Counted from the first letter of the stretch, positions 7,186 through 16,287 are shown. The stretch is DNA of 64,000 bases from a bacterium (GCA_018816105.1 JAHIWE010000113.1:13340-77339), one strand, 5' to 3'. The notes: generated by a model from the letters alone, not told the origin. Numbers and translations are program-made.

Positions 7186-9771
7186 TTGAAAAGGTTATAT
7201 AGGTCATATAGTGAATCAACAAACATTTTTAAAGAATTGGAAGCTAAATATCCTAATTATTTCAAAATTGAATCAATAGGTAATACTTGGGAAAATAGAG
7301 AGATAAATTTAATTACAATTTCAAAAGATATTAAAACAGCCGATTCAAGACCAGCTCTATTTTATACAGGAACTATTCATGCAAGAGAGTGGATTGGTCA
7401 TGAATTAGCTATAGAGTTTGCAATATATGTACTAAAAAATCTTGAAACTGACCCTACTTTACAAACTTACTTAAATGAAAGTACAGTTTATATGGTTCCT
7501 TGTGCCAATCCTGATGGTTATGAGTATTCAAGAAAACACTTCTCTTTTTGGAGAAAGAATAGAAGACAAAATGCTGATGGAACTTATGGAGTTGATTTAA
7601 ATAGAAACTTTCCTATAGGTTTTGTAAAATCAACTGCTACTACTTCAAATGTTTATGGAGGACCTGAACCATTTTCTGAACCTGAAACACAAGCTCTTAG
7701 GGATTTTGTTTTAAGTCATTCTAATATTACAATAGCTTTAGATTATCATAGTCAAGGAAATGTATTTTTTCCTGCCCACGATTTTAGACATGAAGATACT
7801 ATTGATACAACTGATATGAACACTTTATGTGCAAATATGACTGAAGAGATTAGAAAAATATCAGGTCGAGAGTATGGAATACATCAAGGTAAACCACCAG
7901 CAAAATTAATAGGAGGAAGTGGAAGAGAATTTTATTATTCAAATAAAATTATCTCATCTGTTGTAGAAGTTGGAACTAGAAATATAAGTGATTATATGGA
8001 AGATATGAACGAAAATATTAGAGAACATATTCCAGCACTTATTTATGCCCTTAAAGAAGCTGATAATTACGCTAAAGACAATATTATGAAAAGGGTTAAC
8101 TCTTTTAATGTTACAGAAATTGGCTCAAACCACGTAAATCTAAAATGGGATTATGAATTAAACGAAAATACATATTTTGAAATTTTTAGAAGTACAAAAG
8201 ATAAACAATTTTGCAATAGTTCAAATTTAATCTCAAAAACTCAAAGTTTAGAGTTTAATGATATTAATCTAGGTTCAAATAAAGATTATTACTACAATAT
8301 AAGAGCTGTAAATAAAAAAACAAACCAAAAATCACCCTTTTATCCACAAATAAAAATACGTACATTAATAGAATATGATGAATATAGTAGAACCTACTAT
8401 GCAAATGCAAAAGGTACTGGATATGTGGCAGAAAATCTAAATAATAATCCTAGTCATTTTGGAGTGAACTCATTGTTTGTAGGAGTTGATGAAAATAAGG
8501 GAATTTCATATGCAGTTATTTCTATTAATGTAAAATCACTTCCATCAAATGCTTTAATAAAATTAGCTTCAATTAATCTATACCCAATAAATAGAGTTTC
8601 AACAACTATTGAAAAATATGGTGAGTGGAATATAGGACTTGTAAATCAAGAAACTATGGGAGATATTACAAACTTTGATGATGTAGCTAATATGCAAATA
8701 ATAAGATATGTTGGACGTCCTACAGAATCACACCAATTAACCCAAGGAATTTGGAGGACTTGGAGTCTGTCTGGTTTGGAATGTAATGATTTAAAAAAAT
8801 CAATTAAAAATGAAGCTATTGTTTTAAGAGTTGAAGGTCCAAAAGAGCTAAGAATTGGAAGAACAAAACAGATGATGCAATGGGATATTGGTTATGGCTC
8901 ATTTGGTTTTGGATTGGCTTATAGACCAAGATTAGAACTAACCTATACAATTGAACCAACCACAACTGCTCTTTATGCTAAATCAATTAAAACAGTTAGT
9001 AAAGCTGAGCTTATAGATGATGTGATTACAGCTGGTTTTGATGTAAAGGGAAATAAGATATATTCAACTTTTCAATTTAATTTATCTTCTCTTCCTCCAT
9101 ACAATGACACCATGATTACTAAAGCCTATTTTGAATTAAACTCTACAAAGATTTATATAAAAGATGATATTAGGTTTCATTTAGAATTTGTGGATGAAAA
9201 TATTGATAAAAACTATGAAGATATTACAAATAGAGAAATAATTCAAAATATCGGTTATGATGTAAGTGCAACAGAATTAAAAAATAATCAAACCCAATAT
9301 TTTATGTTTGATTCTTTTTCTGAAATAATTTTAAATGAAAAACTAAAAAGCAAATCTGATATTTCATTTGTGTTAGAACCCACTTCTGCATTAAAAATTA
9401 TAAAAAATAAAACTGTTTCATGGGAAGTATCAAATAAATCTTTATGTCCAAAACTTATTCTTGAACATATACCAAAAAGAAGATTTCCTATTGAAAAAAT
9501 TACAAATGCAAAATTATCCTTAGAAAATGGGAAAATAAAAATCTCTTGGACAAATCCTAAAAATCCAGATTTTGTAGGAGTAAAAGTAATAAAAAATCCA
9601 TTTAGAAAACCTATTTCAGCACAAGATGGACAAAAACTTTATGCAGGAGTTGATGAGTATACTTTAGATGATTTTGGAGCAAGTGATATAAATAAATACT
9701 ATGCAATATTTACCTACGATGATGTTCCAAATTATTCAAAACCTATAATTTTAGAGTATATTGCTAAATAG
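7186..9771 (+). CDS. M14 zinc carboxypeptidase with FN3-like and beta-sandwich accessory domains
   Basis: TTG start with AGGAG SD; 'HAREW', 'NPDG', 'WRKNR', 'GVDLNRNF', 'DYHSQG', 'VEVG'; FN3-like 'VNLKWDY...YYYNIRAVN'; two 'S(L)P...I..A...' segments resembling DNRLRE/CBM96-type domains; no signal peptide. Confidence 0.85.
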   Translation: MKRLYRSYSESTNIFKELEAKYPNYFKIESIGNTWENREINLITISKDIKTADSRPALFYTGTIHAREWIGHELAIEFAIYVLKNLETDPTLQTYLNESTVYMVPCANPDGYEYSRKHFSFWRKNRRQNADGTYGVDLNRNFPIGFVKSTATTSNVYGGPEPFSEPETQALRDFVLSHSNITIALDYHSQGNVFFPAHDFRHEDTIDTTDMNTLCANMTEEIRKISGREYGIHQGKPPAKLIGGSGREFYYSNKIISSVVEVGTRNISDYMEDMNENIREHIPALIYALKEADNYAKDNIMKRVNSFNVTEIGSNHVNLKWDYELNENTYFEIFRSTKDKQFCNSSNLISKTQSLEFNDINLGSNKDYYYNIRAVNKKTNQKSPFYPQIKIRTLIEYDEYSRTYYANAKGTGYVAENLNNNPSHFGVNSLFVGVDENKGISYAVISINVKSLPSNALIKLASINLYPINRVSTTIEKYGEWNIGLVNQETMGDITNFDDVANMQIIRYVGRPTESHQLTQGIWRTWSLSGLECNDLKKSIKNEAIVLRVEGPKELRIGRTKQMMQWDIGYGSFGFGLAYRPRLELTYTIEPTTTALYAKSIKTVSKAELIDDVITAGFDVKGNKIYSTFQFNLSSLPPYNDTMITKAYFELNSTKIYIKDDIRFHLEFVDENIDKNYEDITNREIIQNIGYDVSATELKNNQTQYFMFDSFSEIILNEKLKSKSDISFVLEPTSALKIIKNKTVSWEVSNKSLCPKLILEHIPKRRFPIEKITNAKLSLENGKIKISWTNPKNPDFVGVKVIKNPFRKPISAQDGQKLYAGVDEYTLDDFGASDINKYYAIFTYDDVPNYSKPIILEYIAK

Positions 9772-9794
9772 ATTTTCGCTATTTAGCAGTTTTT
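9762..9794 (+). terminator. Intrinsic terminator closing the peptidase/ATP-grasp operon
   Basis: tgctaaatag-attttcg-ctatttagca, a 10-bp stem overlapping the stop codon, followed by gttttt. Confidence 0.75.
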
Positions 9795-9841
9795 AAAGCT
9801 CAAAAGCTATAATATTTTAAAAAACTTTACAGGATTAAAAT

Positions 9842-10342
9842 ATGATATTAAAATTTAAAGAGTTTTACCCTCAAATTCACCAAACAGCTTGGATTGCTCC
9901 AAGTGCTGATTTAATTGGAAATATTACTATTGGTGAGGATTCATCTGTTTGGTTCCAATGTGTAATAAGAGCTGATGTAAATAAAATAACAATTGGTAAA
10001 AATACGAATATTCAAGATTTATCTATGATTCATACAGATCATAATACACAAACAATAATAGGTGATAATGTAACTATTGGTCATAAAGTAATGCTTCATG
10101 GCTGTAAAATTGAAGATAATTGTCTAATTGGAATGAGTGCTACTATTTTAGATAATGCTGTAATTGGTGAAGGAAGTATAGTAGGAGCAAATTCTCTTGT
10201 AACATCAGGAAAAGTATTTCCTCCAAGATCTTTAATTATGGGAAGCCCTGCTAAAGTTGTGAAAGAATTAACACAAGAAGATGTGGATAAGTTAATAATT
10301 CATGCAAGCCATTATGTGGATTATAAAAATGATTATAGATAA
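9842..10342 (+). CDS. Gamma carbonic anhydrase family protein (YrdA-like)
   Basis: Hexapeptide repeats, 'IRADVN', 'NIQD', 'IGHKVMLHGC', 'IMGSPAKV'. Confidence 0.92.
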   Translation: MILKFKEFYPQIHQTAWIAPSADLIGNITIGEDSSVWFQCVIRADVNKITIGKNTNIQDLSMIHTDHNTQTIIGDNVTIGHKVMLHGCKIEDNCLIGMSATILDNAVIGEGSIVGANSLVTSGKVFPPRSLIMGSPAKVVKELTQEDVDKLIIHASHYVDYKNDYR

Positions 10343-10356
10343 GAAATATTGTAAAT

Positions 10357-10378
10357 AATAGGTTTAAAAAAACCTATT
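10357..10378. terminator. Bidirectional hairpin between convergent genes
   Basis: aataggttt-aaaa-aaacctatt. Confidence 0.6.
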
Positions 10379-11303
10379 ATTTACATTTACTATATGCTTC
10401 TTGAAGTTTTGAGTATAAGTCATCAAAACCTACATCATCCATTTTTTCAAGTAAATCAACCATTACTACATTGTCTTCATTACCATTCCAAACTTTGATG
10501 TAAGAACCTTCTTTATATCCATTATCTTGTCTAAATTGATTTAAACAGTTTTTACCAATATAAAGTTTTTGTAACCACATAAAAGATAATCCAGAGATTT
10601 TACAACATCTAAAGAATTGATCAATAAATCTTTCAATTCCACTAAATGAAGGCATATTCCCAGTATCAATTGCAAGTGAAATATATGATAGTTTTTCAGC
10701 TTCTTTTACCATTAATTTAACATCTACTTCTTGAAATACTTCATAAATACAGTGTGTATTTACAAGTGAAACTGCTTTTGGTACATTTGTTTCTTGTAAA
10801 ATATAAGACATTAAAAAATGCCAAATATCAACAAGCTCAACGTGGATATTATTCATATCAGGATCTGAGTTAATATTTTTCCAATGTTTCCATGGAGTTG
10901 ATTCAATTAACTCAGCAACTTCCATATGAATACATCTTAACCAGTTTATCTCTTTTCCAAATTTGTTTGAACCTAGTTCCCAATTTTTACCATTTGTAGA
11001 GTCATTTAATTTCTTTTGTAATAAAAACATCTCTTCTAGCTTGTGGGGAAATGATGATACCTCTTCAAGAAGTGAAGCTAAAGGTAAACACTCTTCAATA
11101 ACATTATCTAAAGATGAATTCATAGGTAATAACTCTTTTTCACCTTTTAATAAATGTAAAAGTAATGATACCATATAAGGAACATCATTTTTCTCTTCCC
11201 AATTTAAAACATCATTAGATGTAACACCTGCATAATGCATAAAATCTTCAATACTTAAAAAACCTAGTGATTTAATACTCTCTTTAAAATCTTTATATAA
11301 CAA
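10377..11303 (-). CDS. dut: Dimeric (all-alpha) dUTPase with ~85-aa N-terminal HTH-like extension
   Basis: 'LQKKLNDSTNG', 'MEVAELIESTPWKHWK', 'VELVDIWHF', 'YIGKNCLNQFRQDNGYKEG', 'EDN' are Campylobacter-type dUTPase motifs. Confidence 0.88.
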   Translation of the reverse strand: MLYKDFKESIKSLGFLSIEDFMHYAGVTSNDVLNWEEKNDVPYMVSLLLHLLKGEKELLPMNSSLDNVIEECLPLASLLEEVSSFPHKLEEMFLLQKKLNDSTNGKNWELGSNKFGKEINWLRCIHMEVAELIESTPWKHWKNINSDPDMNNIHVELVDIWHFLMSYILQETNVPKAVSLVNTHCIYEVFQEVDVKLMVKEAEKLSYISLAIDTGNMPSFSGIERFIDQFFRCCKISGLSFMWLQKLYIGKNCLNQFRQDNGYKEGSYIKVWNGNEDNVVMVDLLEKMDDVGFDDLYSKLQEAYSKCK

Positions 11304-11305
11304 AT

Positions 11306-12793
11306 TTAACTCCTATTTAATGGTAATTGAATAACGAACTTTGTACCAGTATTGGTATTATATACATCAATTTTTCCCAAACTATGTTGTTCTATAATTG
11401 TCTTACTCATATATAATCCCAAACCTGTTCCATTTTTGTTTGTTTTTGTTGAGAAATATGGATCAAAAATCTTTTCAATAACCTTATCCTTTATTCCACC
11501 TGCATTATCTTCAAATTCAACAAATAATCTATCATTTTTTTCATATGAAAAAATATTTATTTGTCTATCTTGTGTATTTCTTTCTATCATAGCATCACAA
11601 GAATTTTTTGCTAGATTAATAAAAACTTGAACTATCTCGTTTAAGTAAATCTCTATTTGTGAAGTAGAATCATTTTTGTATTTTACACTTATAGAATTTA
11701 GTTTAAATAAATATGATAAGAAATCTATAGATTTATCTATAACATTTTTAATATAGACCTCTTCTTTTTTCTTATTTGGTTTAAAATAATCTCTAAAATC
11801 ATCAATTGTCTTTGACATATAATCCAATTGTTTTCTAACTTCAAAAACTACATCATCAAGCATTTCATCTGAAACTTCACCTTTTATCATTTTTAATAAA
11901 GGTAATTTTTGAATTAGTATTGACACAGCTTGTAATGGTTGTCTCCATTGATGAGCTATCATTGAAATCATTTCACCTAAAGCTGCTGATTTTGACTGTT
12001 CAACTAGTAAATTTTGTTGACTTACTAACTCTTTTTGTGAAGTAATATCTTCTCTAATAGCATCATATCCAGTGATATTTCCAGCATTATCAAAAGTTGG
12101 ATGGATTGTAGTTTTAACCCAGTAAAACTCATTATTTTTTTTAAGATTTTTAATTTCACCTTGCCACATATTTCCTGATTTTATAGTTTTCCATAAATTC
12201 TCAAATAACTCTTTTGGCATATCTTTATGTCTAATTATATTATGAGATTTTCCGATTAATTCATATGCTTCATAGCCTGAAATTTTACAAAAAGCACTTG
12301 ATACACTAGTAATAATTCCTTTTATATCAGTTCTTGACATAATTACATATTTATCAACAATATCAATAGATTTATTTAAAGCATTTTCAACTTGAACTAT
12401 AGACTTTGCATAAATATCTAAAACACTTGAAAAAATCTTTTCAAAATAGAAATTAATTTTTTCAAATAACTCAAGACTTTGAAGCTCAGTTTTAAAAGCA
12501 AAATCAATTAATGATTCTTTAAAAGCAGAAAAAAGTGTAAAAAGCTCATTTACACGTAAGTTTTGTTTTTTTAAATATTTTAAAAAATCGATAATTACGG
12601 GACAATTTTGAGTTTTTTCATCAACTCTTATAAGTAAGATATAATGTTCAAGAAAACCAAAAGAGTATCTTTTGACAAGCAAATCTTCATTTATTGAGTA
12701 ATTACGTATTATTTTTATAACTCTAGGAGAACTAATCCAAGTTCTAATAATAGCTATTTTATTTTTTTCAATCTTCTCAATAAATTTATCCAA
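11306..12793 (-). CDS. Cytoplasmic sensor histidine kinase (helical N-domain + PAS/PAC + HisKA + HATPase)
   Basis: Aer/NifL-like PAS 'FCKISGYEAYELIGKSHNIIRHKDMP', H-box 'IAHQWRQPL', 'DNAGG', 'GTGLGLY'; no TM segment. Confidence 0.92.
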   Translation of the reverse strand: MDKFIEKIEKNKIAIIRTWISSPRVIKIIRNYSINEDLLVKRYSFGFLEHYILLIRVDEKTQNCPVIIDFLKYLKKQNLRVNELFTLFSAFKESLIDFAFKTELQSLELFEKINFYFEKIFSSVLDIYAKSIVQVENALNKSIDIVDKYVIMSRTDIKGIITSVSSAFCKISGYEAYELIGKSHNIIRHKDMPKELFENLWKTIKSGNMWQGEIKNLKKNNEFYWVKTTIHPTFDNAGNITGYDAIREDITSQKELVSQQNLLVEQSKSAALGEMISMIAHQWRQPLQAVSILIQKLPLLKMIKGEVSDEMLDDVVFEVRKQLDYMSKTIDDFRDYFKPNKKKEEVYIKNVIDKSIDFLSYLFKLNSISVKYKNDSTSQIEIYLNEIVQVFINLAKNSCDAMIERNTQDRQINIFSYEKNDRLFVEFEDNAGGIKDKVIEKIFDPYFSTKTNKNGTGLGLYMSKTIIEQHSLGKIDVYNTNTGTKFVIQLPLNRS

Positions 12794-12809
12794 TTAGATA
12801 TATCCTATA

Positions 12810-12983
12810 CTACTTAAAGTTTTTTAGTGTAAAAAAATTACAATCATCACCACTTGATCTTTTTACTGCAATTGAAGGAATCAATTGAGATTTAAAACCA
12901 TAAGCCTTACAACCATGTGGTTTTCCGGCTTCCCAAGTAACGAAATAGTAAACACACTTTTGACAAATTATTCTTTTTTCCAT
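12810..12983 (-). CDS. Small four-cysteine protein (57 aa), missed by the ORF track
   Basis: Manual translation MEKRIICQKCVYYFVTWEAGKPHGCKAYGFKSQLIPSIAVKRSSGDDCNFFTLKNFK*; fills the gap between recR and the kinase on the same strand. Confidence 0.8.
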   Translation of the reverse strand: MEKRIICQKCVYYFVTWEAGKPHGCKAYGFKSQLIPSIAVKRSSGDDCNFFTLKNFK

Positions 12984-12998
12984 CTTCTTACTTCTATT

Positions 12999-13571
12999 TT
13001 ATATTTCAACTTTACTTTGTATAGCTTTTGAAAGAGATAAAATATCTACATTTTCTAAACTAACACCTGTTGGAACACCTTGTGCTATTTTTGTAAATCT
13101 AATTTGGTGATTTTTTAGTTTATCTTCAATAAATAAAATAAATGCGTCATTAGCAATAGAAGGAGTAATTGCAAATAAAACATTGCTTACTTCATTGTCT
13201 ACTACAAATTTATTTAAAGCATCAATAACTTCTTGATCTAACTCTTCAATAACAAAATATTTCCCATCAAATTGATTTGAATCTTCTATTACAAAAATAT
13301 CTTTTGCACTTTGAACAATACAAAGCTTTGTATTATCCCTTGATTCATCCAAACAAAATTCGCAAATCTCATGCTCACTCATAGAGCCACATCTTGAACA
13401 TTTTGTGATATTTTTTAGGGCATTTTCAATACTATGAGCTATTTTGATTCCGCAATAATTGTCGTTCATAACAATATGATAAGCTAGACGAAGAGCAGAT
13501 TTTTTTCCAATAGTAGGCAACGATTCAAACGCTTCAACAAGTTCGTAAAATTTTTCTAATCCTTTATTCAT
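12999..13571 (-). CDS. recR: Recombination protein RecR
   Basis: 'LPTIGKKSALRLAYH', Cys4 zinc finger 'CSRC...CEFC', Toprim-like C-domain, 'IAQGVPTG'. Start moved to the second Met (13571). Confidence 0.95.
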   Translation of the reverse strand: MNKGLEKFYELVEAFESLPTIGKKSALRLAYHIVMNDNYCGIKIAHSIENALKNITKCSRCGSMSEHEICEFCLDESRDNTKLCIVQSAKDIFVIEDSNQFDGKYFVIEELDQEVIDALNKFVVDNEVSNVLFAITPSIANDAFILFIEDKLKNHQIRFTKIAQGVPTGVSLENVDILSLSKAIQSKVEI

Positions 13572-13829
13572 GTTGGGATTATATCTAAGATTTATCAATT
13601 TTTGCATAAATCTTTTTAAAAGTCTATTAGATAGTTTATTTCAGATTATTATTAATAATATGACAATTTTTCGCGTCAAAACATTAAATTAACTATCAAA
13701 TAAAAGATATAAAAATATTAGTAAAAATTATTAAGTGAATTTAAAAAGAGTTGAATGAGTACAATATCTATAAATATTCACATTTTTATGTACTAAAAAG
13801 TGTTTATATTTAGACTAAATTACTTCAAA

Positions 13830-13847
13830 TGTTGATTGCAATCAACA
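13830..13847. promoter_or_regulatory. FNR/CRP-family box TTGAT-N4-ATCAA
   Basis: Perfect 18-bp palindrome tgTTGATtgcaATCAAca in the recR / LOV-gene intergenic region. Confidence 0.65.
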
Positions 13848-13917
13848 AATCATCTTATTATTCTAAAAAATTAGAATATAATTTTTTAGAATAATTATAT
13901 TTTAATAAACAAAAGGA

Positions 13918-16287
13918 ATGTTTTTGCAGATAATAGAACAATTAAAAATAATGGTCCCATATTTGCCACAAATTATGCAACAAGCTAAATTTGGAATTAC
14001 AATAACAGACCCAAATAAAAAAGACAATCCTTTGGTCTATGTTAATAAATATTTTTGCGAAATGTTTGGTTATGAATATGAAGAAGTTATTGGAATAAAT
14101 TGCAGATTCCTTCACGGTAGTGATAAAAATCAAGATTCTATAAAAGATATTAAAAATGCAATAGATAAAAGAATACCTATTACTAGAATTTTAAGAAATT
14201 ATAAGAAAGATGGTACCTTAATTTATGCAGAACTTAATATTACACCTATAATGGAGAATAATAAATTAAAATTCTTTTTAGGTATTCAAAAAGATTTATC
14301 TTTTGAAAAAAATTTATCAGAAAAGATTAGAAATGCACAAGAGTTATCTAATATTGGATATTGGGAATTAGATTTAATAAAAAATAACCTTTATTGGTCA
14401 GATCAAATATTTGATATTTTTGAAATTAATAAAAATCAATTTGCAGCTTCATATGATTCTTTTTTAGAACTAATACATCCAGATGATAGAGATTTAGTAA
14501 ATGATGCTTATTTAAACTCTTTAAAGACTAAAGAAAAATATTCAATACAACATCGTTTATTAATGGCAGAGGGTAGAATAAAATATGTAGAGGAAAGATG
14601 TGTTACTCATTTTGATAAAGATGAAATAGCAATTAAATCTATTGGAACAGTTCAAGATATTACAAAAATAAAAGAAATTGAGATAGAACTTAAAAAAGCA
14701 TTATCTTTAATGGACTCATACAAATTGGCTATGGATAAATCAAGTATAGTGTCTAAATCTGATTTGAAAGGCATAATAACTTATGTAAATGACAATTTCT
14801 GTGCTATATCAAAATATACAGAAGATGAACTCATTGGAAAACCTCATAGCATAATTAGACATCCAGATAATAAAAAAGAGATCTATGAAGATCTATGGGA
14901 AACTATACAGTCAAAAAAAATATGGAAAAAAATATTAAGAAATATTAATAAATATGGAGAAGAGTATTGGGTTAATACAACTATTTTACCAATTACTGAT
15001 CAAAATGATACTATCATTGAGTATATAGCAATTAGACATGATATTACAAATACTATTGAACAAAAAAACAGATTAGATAATATTGCTAATATAGACTCTC
15101 TAACAGGATTATACAATAGGAACAAGTTATACGATGATATAAATAAAAGTATTGCTCCTGCATTAGCTATAGTTAATATTGACAGATTCTCTGAAATTAA
15201 TGATTTTTATGGACATTCTTTAGGAGATCATTTTATTAAAGAATTTTCTCAGCAATTATCTAATTGTAAAAATTGCAATCATTTAAATATATATCGTCTT
15301 CAAGGTGATGAATTTGTAATATTTAATGATAATGCAAATAGAGATAAATTTCTAGATAAAATTTATGAAATAGATAAAAAACTTAGAAAAGAAAAAATAG
15401 AAATAGATAATGATTATATTTATTTAGATTTTTCAATTGCAATTTCATATGAGTCCAAGGAAGTATTATTAAGAACTGCAGATATGGCTCTAAAAGCAGT
15501 GAAAAAAGATAATAAAAATATTTTAGTTTATAATGATAATATATCTAGAAGTGATGAATATAAAAACAATATTAAATGGTCAAATATTGTAAGAGAAGCT
15601 TTAAGAGAGGATAGAATAGTTTCTTTGTATCAACCTATTATAAATAATAACACAATGAAGTATGAAAAATATGAATCATTAGTAAGAATTAAAGAAAATG
15701 GTAAATATATATCTCCATTTTATTTTTTAAGTATTGCAAAAAAAACAAGACACTATGTTGAAATCACTAAAACAATGATTGAAAAAAGCTTTAAATTATT
15801 TGAAAATAAAAAAGAAGAATTTTCAATAAATTTAACAATTGAAGATATCTTGAATGAAGATACAAAAGAATTCATAATTAACATGCTTAATAAATATAAA
15901 ATAGGAGATAGAGTTGTATTTGAAATTGTTGAGTCTGAATCTATAGAAAACTTTGAAAATATATCTAAATTTATAGTTTTAGTAAAAGCACTAGGTTGCA
16001 AAATTGCAATAGATGATTTTGGAACAGGATACAGTAATTTTGAATATCTTGTAAAATTAAAAGCTGATTATATAAAAATAGATGGTTCTTTAATCAAAGA
16101 TATAGATAAAAATCATATTAGTGAAATTGTTTGTAAGAATATTGTAAATTTTGCAAAAGATCTAAATATGAAAACTATTGCGGAATTTGTAGAAAATGAA
16201 TCAATTTTCAATAAAGTAAAAGAGTTAGGAATAGACTATTCTCAAGGTTATTATTTTGATAAGCCATTAGAAATAAGTAAAGAATAA
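13918..16287 (+). CDS. LOV-PAS-PAS-GGDEF-EAL protein (probable c-di-GMP phosphodiesterase)
   Basis: LOV-type PAS 'ITDPNKKDNPLVYVN...GINCRFLHG...NYKKDG...FLGIQKD'; two further PAS domains; degenerate 'QGDEF'; EAL 'YESLVR', 'EIVES', 'IDDFGTGYS', 'IKIDG', 'SQGYYF'. Confidence 0.9.
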   Translation: MFLQIIEQLKIMVPYLPQIMQQAKFGITITDPNKKDNPLVYVNKYFCEMFGYEYEEVIGINCRFLHGSDKNQDSIKDIKNAIDKRIPITRILRNYKKDGTLIYAELNITPIMENNKLKFFLGIQKDLSFEKNLSEKIRNAQELSNIGYWELDLIKNNLYWSDQIFDIFEINKNQFAASYDSFLELIHPDDRDLVNDAYLNSLKTKEKYSIQHRLLMAEGRIKYVEERCVTHFDKDEIAIKSIGTVQDITKIKEIEIELKKALSLMDSYKLAMDKSSIVSKSDLKGIITYVNDNFCAISKYTEDELIGKPHSIIRHPDNKKEIYEDLWETIQSKKIWKKILRNINKYGEEYWVNTTILPITDQNDTIIEYIAIRHDITNTIEQKNRLDNIANIDSLTGLYNRNKLYDDINKSIAPALAIVNIDRFSEINDFYGHSLGDHFIKEFSQQLSNCKNCNHLNIYRLQGDEFVIFNDNANRDKFLDKIYEIDKKLRKEKIEIDNDYIYLDFSIAISYESKEVLLRTADMALKAVKKDNKNILVYNDNISRSDEYKNNIKWSNIVREALREDRIVSLYQPIINNNTMKYEKYESLVRIKENGKYISPFYFLSIAKKTRHYVEITKTMIEKSFKLFENKKEEFSINLTIEDILNEDTKEFIINMLNKYKIGDRVVFEIVESESIENFENISKFIVLVKALGCKIAIDDFGTGYSNFEYLVKLKADYIKIDGSLIKDIDKNHISEIVCKNIVNFAKDLNMKTIAEFVENESIFNKVKELGIDYSQGYYFDKPLEISKE

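Noticed and set aside
6890-7222. 110-aa antisense ORF and the other short overlapping ORFs in the track (e.g. 10963, 11352, 13942, 15753, 16812, 25039, 27724, 40081, 47007, 53960, 55742, 56297)
   Set aside because: They lie wholly within or opposite well-supported genes, have no motifs or SD, and have the composition of shadow frames.
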